NCBI GenBank assembly: GCA_012295275.1
Contig: CM022668.1
Coordinates: 3,100,001-3,164,000 of the forward strand
Source: Chrysomallon squamiferum
Lineage: Eukaryota; Animalia; Mollusca
Reading direction: 5' to 3'
Length of the DNA stretch: 64,000 nt
The notes below the pieces were generated by a model. The model saw nothing but the letters and a program-made list of their open reading frames with translations. It was not told the origin of the DNA and searched no databases. A program made the translations under genes and the position numbers. Of this stretch, positions 12,955 through 27,916 are shown one piece after another. How positions within the stretch are numbered: position 1 is the first letter of the stretch; each line of letters starts with the position of its first letter.

Positions 12955-13027
<73 letters not shown>

Positions 13028-13362
13028 AATAAAGAAAAAAACAAAATAAGGAAAAAGGCAAAACAGCAGAACAAACAAAAACAAACAAACAAACAAACAA
13101 ACGACAAGGAAAAACAACAACAGATATGCACAAAATAAATAATACAACTCTCCCATGTTGGTTTTCACCCCCACCCCTTTAGAAATTTTGGATTCACCCC
13201 TTACATAATGTCGAAGAGAACAGCTATGGATTTAGAAAGAAAAAGATTTAATTAAACTAAATTGGAATGATCACTTTTGACGCGTGTATAATTGCAAAAG
13301 TACAGTTCTTCTGTGATTGACGTCATTTTCCATTTCTGTAGTTCGAATCTGCGTTAATTACA

Positions 13363-13414
<52 letters not shown>

Positions 13415-13755
13415 GTAATAGTAATAATAATAATAATAATATACACAAACACACACAAATATTTACATTTAGATTTAAAGAAAGAAAGTAATAATTAGAA
13501 AAAATTAAAATGATAGGAGAAGAAAATGTAGAAGTAAATGAAAAACCAAATATAACAAAATGAACACATCATCATTATCATCATTATCATCATCAGTTTC
13601 ATCATCCCAACAATTATCAAAAAACAACAGCAGCAGTAATAAAAAAAATAAAAAAAATAAAAAAAAAAAAATAAAAGAAACATCTGAAAGTGTACAAAAC
13701 ATCGATACGGAATAATGGTAACAACAGCAACAACAACAACAGCAACAACAACAGC

Positions 13756-13795
<40 letters not shown>

Positions 13796-14222
13796 TTTAT
13801 TGCCGTAATAATGATGATTATGATGATGATGATGATAATAGGAATAATAATAATAATAATAATACATTTTATTAATTTTATTATTATTATTATTATTATT
13901 TTGTACTTTTCAAATAACTTTATTTTCTAAAAATTCTAAATCTTGTTTATGTTATAAAATTGGCCAAATTTCACAATTCCGTGTCCTTCAGTTGTTCAAG
14001 TAATCTGTCAAAAATAAGAAAGACAGATGACTTGTCAGGCAAGTCGATATTTCCTAAATCTCGAATCACAAAACGAACATTTACGGAATATTACGCACTT
14101 TCTTATTACGCACAGTTTGTACAATGGCGGACAAAAATGGTTTTGAGATTAGCAGCAGGATCAGAAATTTCGATCTTTTTTTATTATTTCAAGGTTTCTT
14201 TTTTTCTTTTTTTTTTCTTACT

Positions 14223-14257
<35 letters not shown>

Positions 14258-14270
14258 CTTCTTCTTCTTC

Positions 14271-14310
<40 letters not shown>

Positions 14311-14420
14311 CAGTAGTAGTAGTAGTAGTAGTAATAGATGTAGTTGTTATTGTTGTTATTGTTATTATTCTTACTGTTGCTGTAGTTGTTATTAATTTAT
14401 TTATTATTGTACTCAAAATT

Positions 14421-14528
<108 letters not shown>

Positions 14529-15274
14529 GACTATAACTATCCATCTATATAACCCGATACTTTCTCGTTTTCAATGAAAACACTAACAACAAAATAACAA
14601 AACTGACATCTTTACTGAAGAAATGACAGACACTGCTAAACAGCTCACAGCTGACTGCAATCAATACACAGAATCTGACAAATGAATGTTCAGCGATTTA
14701 AAAACAAAAGGAGTAGCTATTTGTCCGGTAACCGATTAGTCAATCTATTGTTTCAGGAGTCAGTCTATACTAACATACAGGTGGAAAACTAACAATTAGT
14801 TTGTAGTCGTCGATTGTTCAGGTAAGTTTCTCTTTACTTAGACTAATACAGGTACACGTGTTTGTTACATGTGCATGCGCTGATATGTATTTACTACTAT
14901 TATTAGTAAGATGTTACTATAAATATATTACTACTACTACTACTATTACTACTACTGCTACTACTACTACTACTACTATGCTACTACTACTGCTACTACT
15001 ACTACTACTATTACTGCTATTACTACTACTACTGCTGCTACTACTACTACTATTACTAGTACTACAACAACTACTGCTACTATTACTGCTACTACTACTA
15101 CTACTGCTTCTACTACTACTACAATGCAACTACTACTACTATTATTATTATTATTATATCAACATTTCAGACGAAATGCTATTTCTAGAATAAATGACTA
15201 AATATTTATTTATCAACTAAACATATTACATTAACTGTAAATTATAAAGTTGGTTAAATAATCACATTTAAAAA

Positions 15275-15480
15275 AGGAAACCCGCTCACGTTATTTTTGT
15301 TTCTATCAGTACAATTAGCAGCAAAAAATGGTTTTATCCACCTTCTCACAGACGTAAAAATACAGTTGCATTTTATTAACTGGTCTAGGAGTGATAGTTA
15401 GAATGGGAAATAGAAAAAATGTTCCGCAATCAAGGTCTGATGACTCCGTGATGTACCTTTCCTCCGAATAGCTGTATCTG
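15275..15480. mobile_element. Degenerate interspersed repeat (SINE-like); related fragments near 15905-15990, 47222-47300 and 58525-58610
   Basis: A GAAACCCGCT / GAGAAGAAACC-type opening and similar following sequence recur at several sites. The SINE assignment is from recollection of gastropod repeats and has not been verified. Confidence 0.35.
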
Positions 15481-15651
15481 AATTAAATTATTTTATATAC
15501 TTTTCGTGTTCAGTAATATACTAGAGAAGAAACCTGTTGTCAATCATGTTTGTCTTGTTTTATTATATAACCGCATGGAAATTGTTATAAATATTTACTA
15601 ACAAAAAAGGACCCCGCATCAAAAAAAAAAAAAAAAAAAAAAACAACAAAA

Positions 15652-15691
<40 letters not shown>

Positions 15692-16081
15692 AACAACTAC
15701 CAAGAAAAGAACTAAAAAAAAAAAAAATAATAATAACCAATACTACCACCCATAATACTAAAAATAACAACAATAATAATAATAACAACAACAACAATAA
15801 TAATAATAATATGAAACATATTACTGGGGTTGGAAAGGGAAAACAACTTTATATGTCGGCAAGAAGACCTGATCTTTCACAAAGGTGTTAATGTAGAAAC
15901 TACAAGAGAGCCGAAACCCGCTGCTGTAACTTCATAGATTAGGTAAATGATTTTTTTTTTTTTTGATTTAGACAGGTTATGATATACTAGGATGTTTGAT
16001 AATTAGGAACTACGAGGAAAATAGTAGCAGTTGTAGTAGTAATAGTAGTAACAGACATAGTAGTAGTATAGTGCAAGTAAT

Positions 16082-16150
<69 letters not shown>

Positions 16151-16528
16151 GATGATGATGATGAAGACAACAACAACAACAACATTAATTAGATAATAAC
16201 AAAACAACAACGATACTATTACACTGCTACTACTACTACTACTATTACTACTACTACTACTACTACTACTACTGCTGCTACTACTACTACTACTACTACT
16301 GCTACTGCTACTAATACTACCACTACTACTACTGTTACTACTGCTGCTGCTACTACTGCTATTACTACTAGTACTACTACCACTGTCACAACTAATGTTA
16401 ACGATAACGGGTTGGAAAAAGATAAATGAATAATCAAACAACAACAACAACAAAACAACAACAAGTAATAACAACAATAATAATAATAAACTACTACTAA
16501 ATAAATAAATAAAATAAAATAAATAAAA

Positions 16529-16564
<36 letters not shown>

Positions 16565-16943
16565 AAAAGAAACGAAAAGAATAACGTGGCATTGCAGAAA
16601 ATTGAACCCACGACCTTACAGACGTGAACGATGTTAAGTACATGAACAACAAGACATCACGTATCGCTGACAGCAGGTTACAGACGTAAATTCGGACACT
16701 GGCCTTTCATCGATTGTTCAGATTTGAACAGATTCTAACAATAGACTGACTACAGCATAACAGCTTCACACTTCAGTGACAGGTAGACAAAGACCAGGTA
16801 ATGTTTGATCTTTATATTGACACAAAACATTATATACACATAGACAGTCACAAACGTACACGCAAATGATACATGTAACGATATGCACACATGCATTGTA
16901 CATGTAATGAAATAATCTTTATTAATTATTCAGTATTCATTAC

Positions 16944-16975
<32 letters not shown>

Positions 16976-17019
16976 GACTGATATTACTACTACTACTACT
17001 ACTACTAGTACTATTACTT

Positions 17020-17060
<41 letters not shown>

Positions 17061-17586
17061 GCCACTACTACTACTATATAAACTACTATTTCAAATGCTA
17101 CAGTAACAAGAACAACAACGTACTACCAGTTTGATTTGTTACTAATAATCCTACAACAGTAGCTACTACTACAACATCAACTACTGCTGCTGCTATTGCT
17201 ACTACTACTATTACTTTTGATAACGTTGTTGTTGTTGTTACTGAGCATTGCTACTAGTACTATAATAACTACTACGTCTACGATTACTACTACTACTACT
17301 GTTTCAAATACTACATCACTAATTACTGTTGTTGCTTCTACTACTGCTACTACTACTATTATTGTTATTGTTGATGTTGTTGTTGTGATTGTTGATGTTG
17401 TAGTTGTTGTTACTAAAACATCTTCTAACTGATGTTTAGTTAATCAAGACTGTAAATAAATACGATTTAGTTTAATAATTAAATTTTATCAGAACATTTT
17501 AATATTTTTCTTTTTTATTATTTCCTTTCTAAATGCACCTAATAACTAATTATTACTTTTGGTTTGACAATTAACAGGAAACAGTC

Positions 17587-17620
<34 letters not shown>

Positions 17621-18168
17621 AAAAACATTGTTTGTATTTAAATACATAATCAGTCATTTCTATTTTAACATAAATTATGGCATCAGTATATAAGACAATG
17701 GTAATGACGCTGAATACATGTTTTTGTCATATACATACTTACATACATAGATACATTAATATATAGGTATATATATTTAAAGAGTTACTAACATACGTAA
17801 GTGTGTATTGTGAATGATCTTTATAGTTAACCCAAGAAATGGTCTAAATATAGCATGCATTTTTATTTATTTATTTATTTATTTATTATTTCTTTCTTTC
17901 TTTGTTTATTGTTTACTTCTACTACTACTACTACTGCTACTGCTACTACTGCTACTACTACTACTACTGCTACTACTACTAATGCTACGATCACGACTAC
18001 TGCTGCTACTAAGACTATTACTACAACAACTACTACTACTACTACTACTACAACTACTACTACTATTATTACTACTACTAGCTCTACGATTACTCATGAA
18101 CATCATCACTATTATTATTATTAGTAGTATTATCATTATCATTATCATTATCATCATCATCATCATCA

Positions 18169-18206
<38 letters not shown>

Positions 18207-18516
18207 TTGACCTTCCGGTCATGATAACAACCAAATAATGTAGTTAACAGATATCTGTGTTGGAGTTATGACGTCATTGCGTAAAGAACAGATCGGTTTG
18301 CTACAAACTAGCTTCTAGTGCAAAGATACTGTCTATCAGCTACTCAGTTATGTCACATTAGCAATAAGTTGGCGATACTATTGTTTAACTATTATTTTTC
18401 GTCAGATTTCATTATAACTGAAAACAATGAAATAATAAAGTGGCAGTATAAAGAGTTCTGTTAAACAGTTTAATCATACCAATATAACTGCTATTTAATA
18501 TTTAAAATACTCTCAT

Positions 18517-18626
<110 letters not shown>

Positions 18627-18720
18627 TTCTTTCTATCATTATATCTCTATCTGTCTGTTTATTTCTTTCTATCATTATTTCTGTCTGTCTGTCTGTCTGT
18701 TTTCTCTCTCTCTCTTTCTT

Positions 18721-18788
<68 letters not shown>

Positions 18789-19946
18789 CTCTCTTCCCCA
18801 TCCTCCCCCGTACACTCTTTCTCTCTCTCTCAACTCGCAAAATCATCCTCTTCAAACTATCTCTTACCAAACTACGAAGTCAACAACATATAATATTACC
18901 AGAGCACAAAGAACATTTAATAAAAAAAAATAAAAAAAATACCTGTAATAAATGAAGAAGAAAACGGTTCATATCTAAAGATCCGACTATAATCAAGTCA
19001 GTAATTTGCTGGCAATATCAATATCGACAATTAAACCCGTACAAGAAACAAATAATTTCTGTTTCATGTAGGGTCACAGTATCAGTGAGTTTGTGAAATA
19101 GACATAATAAAAACAGTATCGGGTTTCTTCGATCCAAATCACGCATGTCGCAAGCGATATCAAATAAACAAATACTCCAGCAGAAAGTAATTATACATCT
19201 ACGATTTCCAGATACCAGCGCACACACCGAAATGAGAAAGAAAAATAAATAAACAAGTAGAGACAACAGAGAAAAGTTTGTAAAATATGAACATATAGAA
19301 TATTAGGATATATTTTGTAGAGGAGAAACAAACAAACAAACAAAAAACAAACAAAACAACAACAAAATAAAACATAACACCCTACCCTCAAATGAACAAG
19401 AAAAAAAAAAAAAAAAAAAAAAAAAAATAAAAAATAAAAAATAAAAATAAAAAAAAAAAAAAATAAGTAAGTAAGTAAGTAAGTAAGTAAATATTAAGTT
19501 GTTGCTACAAACTGGTACTACCACTAGTGCTAGCATAGCCACAACAAGAAGAATCACTAGTACAAACACTATAATAGTTGCAATTACTTCTACAACTACT
19601 GTTATTACTACTATTACTATTATACTACTACTACGACTACCATACTACTACTACTGCCTCTGTTGCTATTACTATTACCCTTACTATTACTATAGCTTCT
19701 CCTACTACTAAACATATAATATTATATTTATTATTATTATCGTTGTTGTTGCTGTTGTTATTATTAATATTATTAGTATTATTGATACTTAATGTACTGC
19801 AACAGTAACAATAATGATACGTTGTTGCTCTCGGCGTTATTTTGTTAATATAATGACAACGACGATGATAACGATGATTATTATTATTATTATTATCATT
19901 ATTATCATTAATATTAGTATTATTATTATTATTCAGAAATATTCCA

Positions 19947-20481
19947 ATGGCGACCACTGTCACCGACTTTGACGTCGCAGCAAACATGTCCACATCTTCT
20001 CCTTTGCGACTGGAGGACTTCCTCGAGTACAGGCTGTCGCTGAAGATACACCTCTACGTTTTACCCATCATAGTCTGCGTGGGCATCCCCGGAAACATCG
20101 TCTCCTTCGTCGTGCTCGTGTTTTCCACCTTCCGCAAGAGCACCACCTCGATGTACTTGGCGACTCTGGCCGTCCTGGACACTCTCATCCTCACCATCAG
20201 CGTCCTCTGGTTCGTCAGCTTCCACTTCCCAGACCGAGGCGTGTTCCGCGACGGCACGTGCCAGTTCATCCACTTCGTCTTCTACTTCTCCATCCACTTC
20301 GACGTGCTCGTCCTCGTCGCAATGACGGTGGAACGATTCATCGCGGTGGTGTTCCCGCTGAAGGCGCCGAGTCTGATCTCTCTCAGGAAGTCGCTGCTCA
20401 CGATTGCGGGGGTGGGGATGTTCTCGTTCACGCTCAACCTGCATCACGTCTTCACCAAGGGAATGACGACGTCCGCTGCAG
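19947..20481 (+). CDS. Class A GPCR (FMRFamide-receptor-like/Srw-type) paralog 1, exon 1 (TM1-TM4)
   Basis: Acceptor attcAG ends at 19936, ATG at 19947. Motifs GIPGN (TM1), LAVLD (TM2), C3.25 and ERF (TM3). Donor G|GTAGGT, phase 1. Confidence 0.92.
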
Positions 20482-20485
20482 GTAG

Positions 20486-20517
<32 letters not shown>

Positions 20518-20551
20518 ATCCGTGCATCTCTTACAATTTGTAAATGAATGC

Positions 20552-20591
<40 letters not shown>

Positions 20592-20721
20592 ATATATACA
20601 TGTTTGTATGTTAGTTGTTAGTGTCTGTCTTTGTGTGTGTTTCTTAGTGGATGTGTGTTTAAGTGTGTTAGTATGTCTGTGTAACTTTGACAGTCACAGA
20701 TAGGTAGACTGATAATCTAGG

Positions 20722-20753
<32 letters not shown>

Positions 20754-21536
20754 AAAATAGATATACATATACATAAATAGAGAGACAAACAGATAGATGG
20801 AAAGATAGAGAGACAGACAAATAGAAAAAGTAACAGACAGACAGACAGACACACAGATAGATAAAAGAATAGATAAACATATGCTTGAAACAACAGCAAT
20901 TAATAAAAATAACAATAATAACAATAATAATAACAATAATAATAAATAATAACAATACAAATAATAATATAATAATAACACCAAAAATAATAATCATAAC
21001 AGTACCACTAATAATAACAATAACAACAACAATAATAATAATAATAATAATAATAATAGTAATAATAATAACAACAATCAATACTAACAATCACAACAAC
21101 AACAACAACAACAACAAACAACAACAATAATAATAATAACAACATATGTAATAATATAAATATAAATAATATAAAACCAAAAAAAGGACCGGTTTCCTAA
21201 ACCTTAATAATTTTTCATAAAAAAGAAGAAGAAGAAAAAAGAAGGAAATTGTTATTTTGTTTTTAACCTGATTAGAGTATTAAGTGCTTGTTGATTGAGT
21301 GGTTTCATCAACTGTTTGATGAAAAACGTAAAGTGGGATTACACGTTTTGCTGTTTCTTTACAGATGAGAAACTCTGGGTAATCGATAATACATATCTAA
21401 GCTGATTAGCAGACAACATGCAGTTTATGAGGAAAAGAAAACTCCATATAAAAAAAAAAAAAAATGAAATAAAATGTAATAAAGAAAAAAAAAAAAAAAA
21501 ATAGGGAATTGTATACAAAAAGAACAACCCCCAATC

Positions 21537-21578
<42 letters not shown>

Positions 21579-22258
21579 AAACGTAGCAAATACGGACACG
21601 CACATATATGAAGAAAAATATTTGTATTTGTCTATCACTCTCTTCCTGTTTCTTTCTCTCTTTCTCTCATTATTCTGACTGTCTCTCTGTCTCTGACATC
21701 TTCTCATTATCTCCCTACCTGTTTCTGTCTGATTCTTTCTTTCTTCTTTCTCTCCTGTTTCTCTTTTCGCCTATCTCTCTATATCATTTTCCACATTTTT
21801 ATTTTTGTTTTTGTTGTTGTTTTTTTCACTCCATAAAATTACCGGTTAGAAATATTAATAATTCAGTTTTTATAATGAATTATTCGACCGTATAAAAGAG
21901 AATCTTTAACAATTACGTGTTTTGTCATTGTGTATTGAGCGGTTTTAAATATGTAATTAAAATAAGAGAGCCTCTGTCGAATATAATACGATTAAGTTTA
22001 TTTCTCGTAATTAAAATAGGTCACCACGACCTTGAGCTTGTCAAAGGAAATTTATGTCGCTAATAAGAATTCATCTGTAAATGTAGATATCAGAAAAAAA
22101 TGTACTAGAAACGCTGTTTTTCTTCGTTTTAATGTTCGCCTTGAACGATGTCTGCGTGTATGTATTCTATTAATTAATCTTTGGTCTGTCTTTCTGTCTA
22201 TATATGTGTGTCTCTCAATCTATCTACCCATCTATCCTTCTATCTATCTACCTATATC

Positions 22259-22368
<110 letters not shown>

Positions 22369-23042
22369 CATCCATCCATCTGTTTATGTATCTAACTATA
22401 CTATTATTTATTTGATGTCTGTCTTTCTGTCTATCTCTCTATCTATCTATATATGTCTGTGTTTCAGTCTGTCTGTCTATCTATCTATCTATCTATCAGT
22501 CTAGCTCTCTCTCTTTCTATCTGTCTATCTATCTATCTATCTATCTGTCTGTCTCTCTGTCTATATATCTATCCATCTATTTATATATCTATCTAATTAT
22601 TTAATTGACGTCTGTCTGAATGTACGTCTGCCTCTCTGTCTCTGCCTGACTGTCTTCTTTTCTTCGCTCTGTCTCTCTATCTGTCTCTGTGTCTCTCTAT
22701 CCAGCCTCTATGTAACAAAAATACTTTGTAAAGATTTAATTATAATAGATTTAAATAACACAGTTGTAATTTTTATGAGCAACAGAGATTAAAAATAGAA
22801 AATTATTTAGGATATTTCTACAATCTGTTTATTTGTGGTTTTGAATACTTCGTTAAAATTAAGATTTAATTAACTTCTTTCTCTAGGGCAATGTCCTTCT
22901 AATTAGCACACTGAATTTTCTTCATTTACTGATTTTTTCTGTTTATTTCGGTCTGCGCTAATTATGTGTTTTAGAATATTTGTATTATTTCATTTACCTT
23001 GTTTCAAAAAAACAACAACTAATTAACCAGAACGATTCGATT

Positions 23043-23222
<180 letters not shown>

Positions 23223-23613
23223 AAACCTCACCTGGTTGTTACCTGATTTTTTTTCTAATTACTAATTAACTATCAGAGCGACAACAACAATAAATCTTAC
23301 GTGAATTGTGTTAATTAGCGTTACAAAGCAGAAACAAAAAACATTTTGATTGATTCTGTATCGAGTTTTCAGACCCCAAACTAGATTACTTAATTATGTT
23401 TATGATAACAAAACTCTAATAATTACGAAGACATACGCGATTTTACGAAAAAATCAAACAAATAATTTTAATGTTAGAATAATTAGTATAATTAGGAAAA
23501 ATCGTTGTGTTCAGTCTAAACGGTCAGTCTTTTAATTTCGTTATTTTATTTCTATCATTAATGAACATTGCCTTAGTTTTTGTTTTAAAACTGTTAAGTA
23601 TTTTAGCTTTTTA

Positions 23614-23647
<34 letters not shown>

Positions 23648-23823
23648 GTGTTTTGATTTTGTCTAAAAATTATTATGGTGCAGAAAAAAGTTAATATATA
23701 TATTTGAAGTTTTGAATAATTTGAATTTTCTATCTTCGACAAACACTGAACAAAATGCCAAAAGGAAACCAAAACTGACTAAATAAATGAATGAATAAAT
23801 GAATAAATAAATGAATGAATGAA

Positions 23824-23858
<35 letters not shown>

Positions 23859-24624
23859 ATGAATGAATGAATGAATGAATGAATAAATAAATAGATAAAT
23901 AAATAAATAACAGAACATTTAAGATTTAAAAAATTAATTAATTAATCAGTTACGTGTAAAACGGACAACCTAGAATAAAATTAAAAGAAAAAAGAAAAAG
24001 AAAAAAAAACTGACAACTGGTAAATGTGACATATAGCTAGTTTTCTCGTGTAGCGCCACAAATATCTCTTATTTTAGATTTTTCTCTCGTAATGCTTTTA
24101 TAGCAGTATTTTGGAATTATTATTATTATTATTATTATTTTTCAGTAGTTTAGTTTTTTCTTTTCTACCTTTAAACAGAAAATGTCAAATAATCTATGAG
24201 TTCTGTTAATCATGATTGCGAGCTTTATTGACAATCATTCTAATTAAACTGATTATAAAAACTAGATTTACTTTACTAATAATTTCATAATTAGGCAGCT
24301 GGTCTGGTTTTTTTTGTGTTTTTATATCTTTCATCGATTATTACTTAGTGCTAGGGTCGGTTTAACTAATTACTAAAATAAATAAACAAGATGATTTGAG
24401 TATGATGTATATGAGATGATGGTAAATTATCGATAATATTTTTGATATATATATTTTAGAGATATACAGACTTTTATTCTGTTCTGTATTTTTGAGTGAA
24501 GCCGTTTTAGCTGTCGTCATCTGAAGGAAACAATAACATGAAATGAAATTATACATGAAATGTTTTAAAATTAGCACAACTTGGAGAAGACTACTTAAAA
24601 CAATAAAGTAATAATAAAATAAAA

Positions 24625-24696
<72 letters not shown>

Positions 24697-26047
24697 CAAC
24701 AGCTTGAACTCATATATTAATCAGGTGTTTTATAATTTTGAATTTAAGTGTTACCTTTTTTCTTAATACGATAAATTTTTAAGTTAGTTTAGTTTGTTTA
24801 CATGGAGATAGAGATTCAGAGAAGTTATCTTGAAGAAAACAAATTTCAAACATTTTCGAATATGAAATAACATCAGGCTATTTTTACATGAATTTTCTCC
24901 TGTGTTTTGGTTGTTTTTTGTTTCTTTTATCAATGAAAATAAAACAACTTCACAGATGACAACAGCAGTAAAAAACTCGCTCAGAATTTGATATTTAATA
25001 TTACCAGCTGTTAATGATTCGCTTAAAACGAACTTCCTTACAACATTCTACAAAGTAGACAAATTAAATCTTTTTACTACAACAAATGATTGGTTTTTGA
25101 ATTGAAAAGAGACCATCAGTCATTTTCCTCAAACAAGTTGTTTCAAATTTTAACTAATCCCACTAAACTCTTGGTGACAGCAGTCAAACTTTCTGCGCTC
25201 AATCGATTACACACGTACATTGTCTGTAAATTCATTTTCTTCTAGTAAAACTTTACCTTGATTTTCCATAACGTCATACGCGTCAAATAATGGCCTGAAT
25301 ATAATAATAAATTATGGGAATAACAGGATATGGATGGCCAATTACTCTCCCGGTGATGAAATTGTGTGGACGTAAATGTGAAATGACAACAGAACACATT
25401 AGAGGGCGAAGGAAAAATGATAAATGACTTTTGTGGACTGGTAAGCGAAAGCTAAGATGTAGAAGTGTAATTATTAAAACAAATGTGACAGTAACATTTT
25501 ATTGTTGCCGTTCTTGCTGTTTTGATTTTAGAATTGTCTTTTGTTAGCTTGACGAAAAACAAATATTATTAATCACATTTAATATTATTTAAAATATTAA
25601 TAGCTAACAATGCTGAAGAAAATGACTACTACTACTACTACGACGACAACAACTACTACTATTGCTTCTCTTACTATTGGTACTAATGTTGTTCTTATTA
25701 CTACTACTGTTGTTACTGGTATTATTATTACTACAGTTACTGATACATCACACTTTTTTAATACAAGATCAACCTTCTGCTTATTTATTTAATTTATTTA
25801 TGATGAACATGGTGTTGATTATTATCATCATCATCATCATCAGCATTATTAATATTATTATTATTATTATTATTTTAATTATTATTATAATTCATTTTTC
25901 GATTTCTATTACCGTTTACTTTTCCTTTTTCTTTCTTCACATGTTTTTTTGTTTTTTATTCATTCCTTTCCATTCTTTCACATCTTTCTCTTCTTTTTAT
26001 TTCCATGTTGATCATTTTAACGTGAGTCTGTTTTCTTTGTTTCCAAG

Positions 26048-26589
26048 GTTACACGAGTTGTTGGATAGTGGGGGGACCCGCCACTCGTTTCTTCGTCGGA
26101 ACAATCTACCCGTGGATCGACTCCTTCATCTACTCCATCCTGCCCATGACGTCCCTATTCGTTCTAAACACGGCCATGATTCTGACGATGAGACGCGCAG
26201 TGCGCACGCGCCAGGTCATGCAGAACTCCACTTCCGCCAGCAGCATGGAAACCAGCCAGCGCCAGCTGACAACGATGCTCCTATTGGTCTCGTTCGCGTT
26301 TCTCGTCCTCACCGGACCAATGGGAATCGTCCTTATGCTGAGCCGCTACACGTGGCACCCGGAGACGCTCAAAGAGACGGCGGTGGCGAAGCTGACGCAC
26401 AGCATCGTGGACAACATGATGTACGCCAACCACGCCATCAACTTCGTGTTCTACTGCATGAGCGGGCACCGGTTCAGGAACGAAGTGAAACGAATGTTCT
26501 TCTGTCGCATTTTCAGACGCGAAGTCTCTTCCTTTCAGTCCACCATCATGAAGACAGAAATGGCTACCTCAGTTTCGACCATCATGTGA
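26048..26589 (+). CDS. GPCR paralog 1, exon 2 (ECL2-TM7); joined product 358 aa
   Basis: Acceptor ttccaAG ends at 26047; G|GT = Gly, then YTSCW. Motifs YPWIDS, LTGP and NHAINFVFYCMSGHRFR. Stop ends at 26589. Confidence 0.92.
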
Positions 26590-26909
26590 ACGTGGGAATT
26601 TCCAGATTGTTGTAAACCGAATGTTTACGCACATGCAATGACAAATGGATATATCGAAGACAATTTTTTTTTTTTTTTCTGTCTACGTATTTGTATTCAG
26701 ATACTTATGCATCTCTTTGTGATTGTGTTTGTGAGTGTGTATGCTAGCGATAGTATTCTTTAAAAAAAAAAACGAACTTGTATTGGTATTATTTTATGTA
26801 ATATTTCGTGATTATTTTGATAATCTTTTCACAATATCTTTTACAGATTATGTGAAATGTTTTTGTGTTTTGGTCAAAATATTTTCAGTTTGTTTGTTTG
26901 TTTTTTTGT

Positions 26910-26972
<63 letters not shown>

Positions 26973-27050
26973 TTCATTTATTTATTTTAAAAGTATTTCA
27001 TATGTTGTGCATTTGGATATTATCGTAATGATGAAACTTTTGTTGCTGTT

Positions 27051-27098
<48 letters not shown>

Positions 27099-27828
27099 GT
27101 TTTAGTTACTGTTACATTTATTGCTGTTAGTGTAATATTTATTATAATCAGAATTATTATTTATATTATTATGATTAATACATTTATTATTATTATTATT
27201 ATTATTATTATGGTTGATTTTATTACGATCATTATTATAATTATAATTATAAATATTGTTATTTTTATTACTGATATTTACAATTGTTCTGTTACATTAA
27301 ATATGATTCATACTTATTGTTTATATTTGCTATACAATTTTAGGTCATTTTTTGTTATTATTATGTATAAATCATTTCGTATAATTTATTTTCTCATTTG
27401 TATAAGTTATAATATATATATATATATATTATAACTTATTTAACATGTATCGGTTATATGTTGTATATGATGGACATGATAATATTTATTGTACATAGTG
27501 AGGTGTGATTTTTGCACATTGTCTTTGATATTTGTTATATTTATATCTATGTGTTTTGTGAATAAAAATAGTTCAGAATTTTTTTATCGTAATATACTTC
27601 GAAACGTCATTTATTCACTAAATAATTTTTTTTTTAATTTTATTTAATTGTTGTTGTTTTTTTTTGTTATTTATTATTATTATTATTTTTGTTTTATATA
27701 CATTCGAGCAGGGGAAACAACCCTTGCTTTCAAATAGATGACTGAAGTAAAAGAGAGTTATCTCCTATTACTATTATTTTTGTTATTGTCTTCATCGTCA
27801 TCTTTATTATTTATTTATTTAAGGAAAT

Positions 27829-27916
<88 letters not shown>

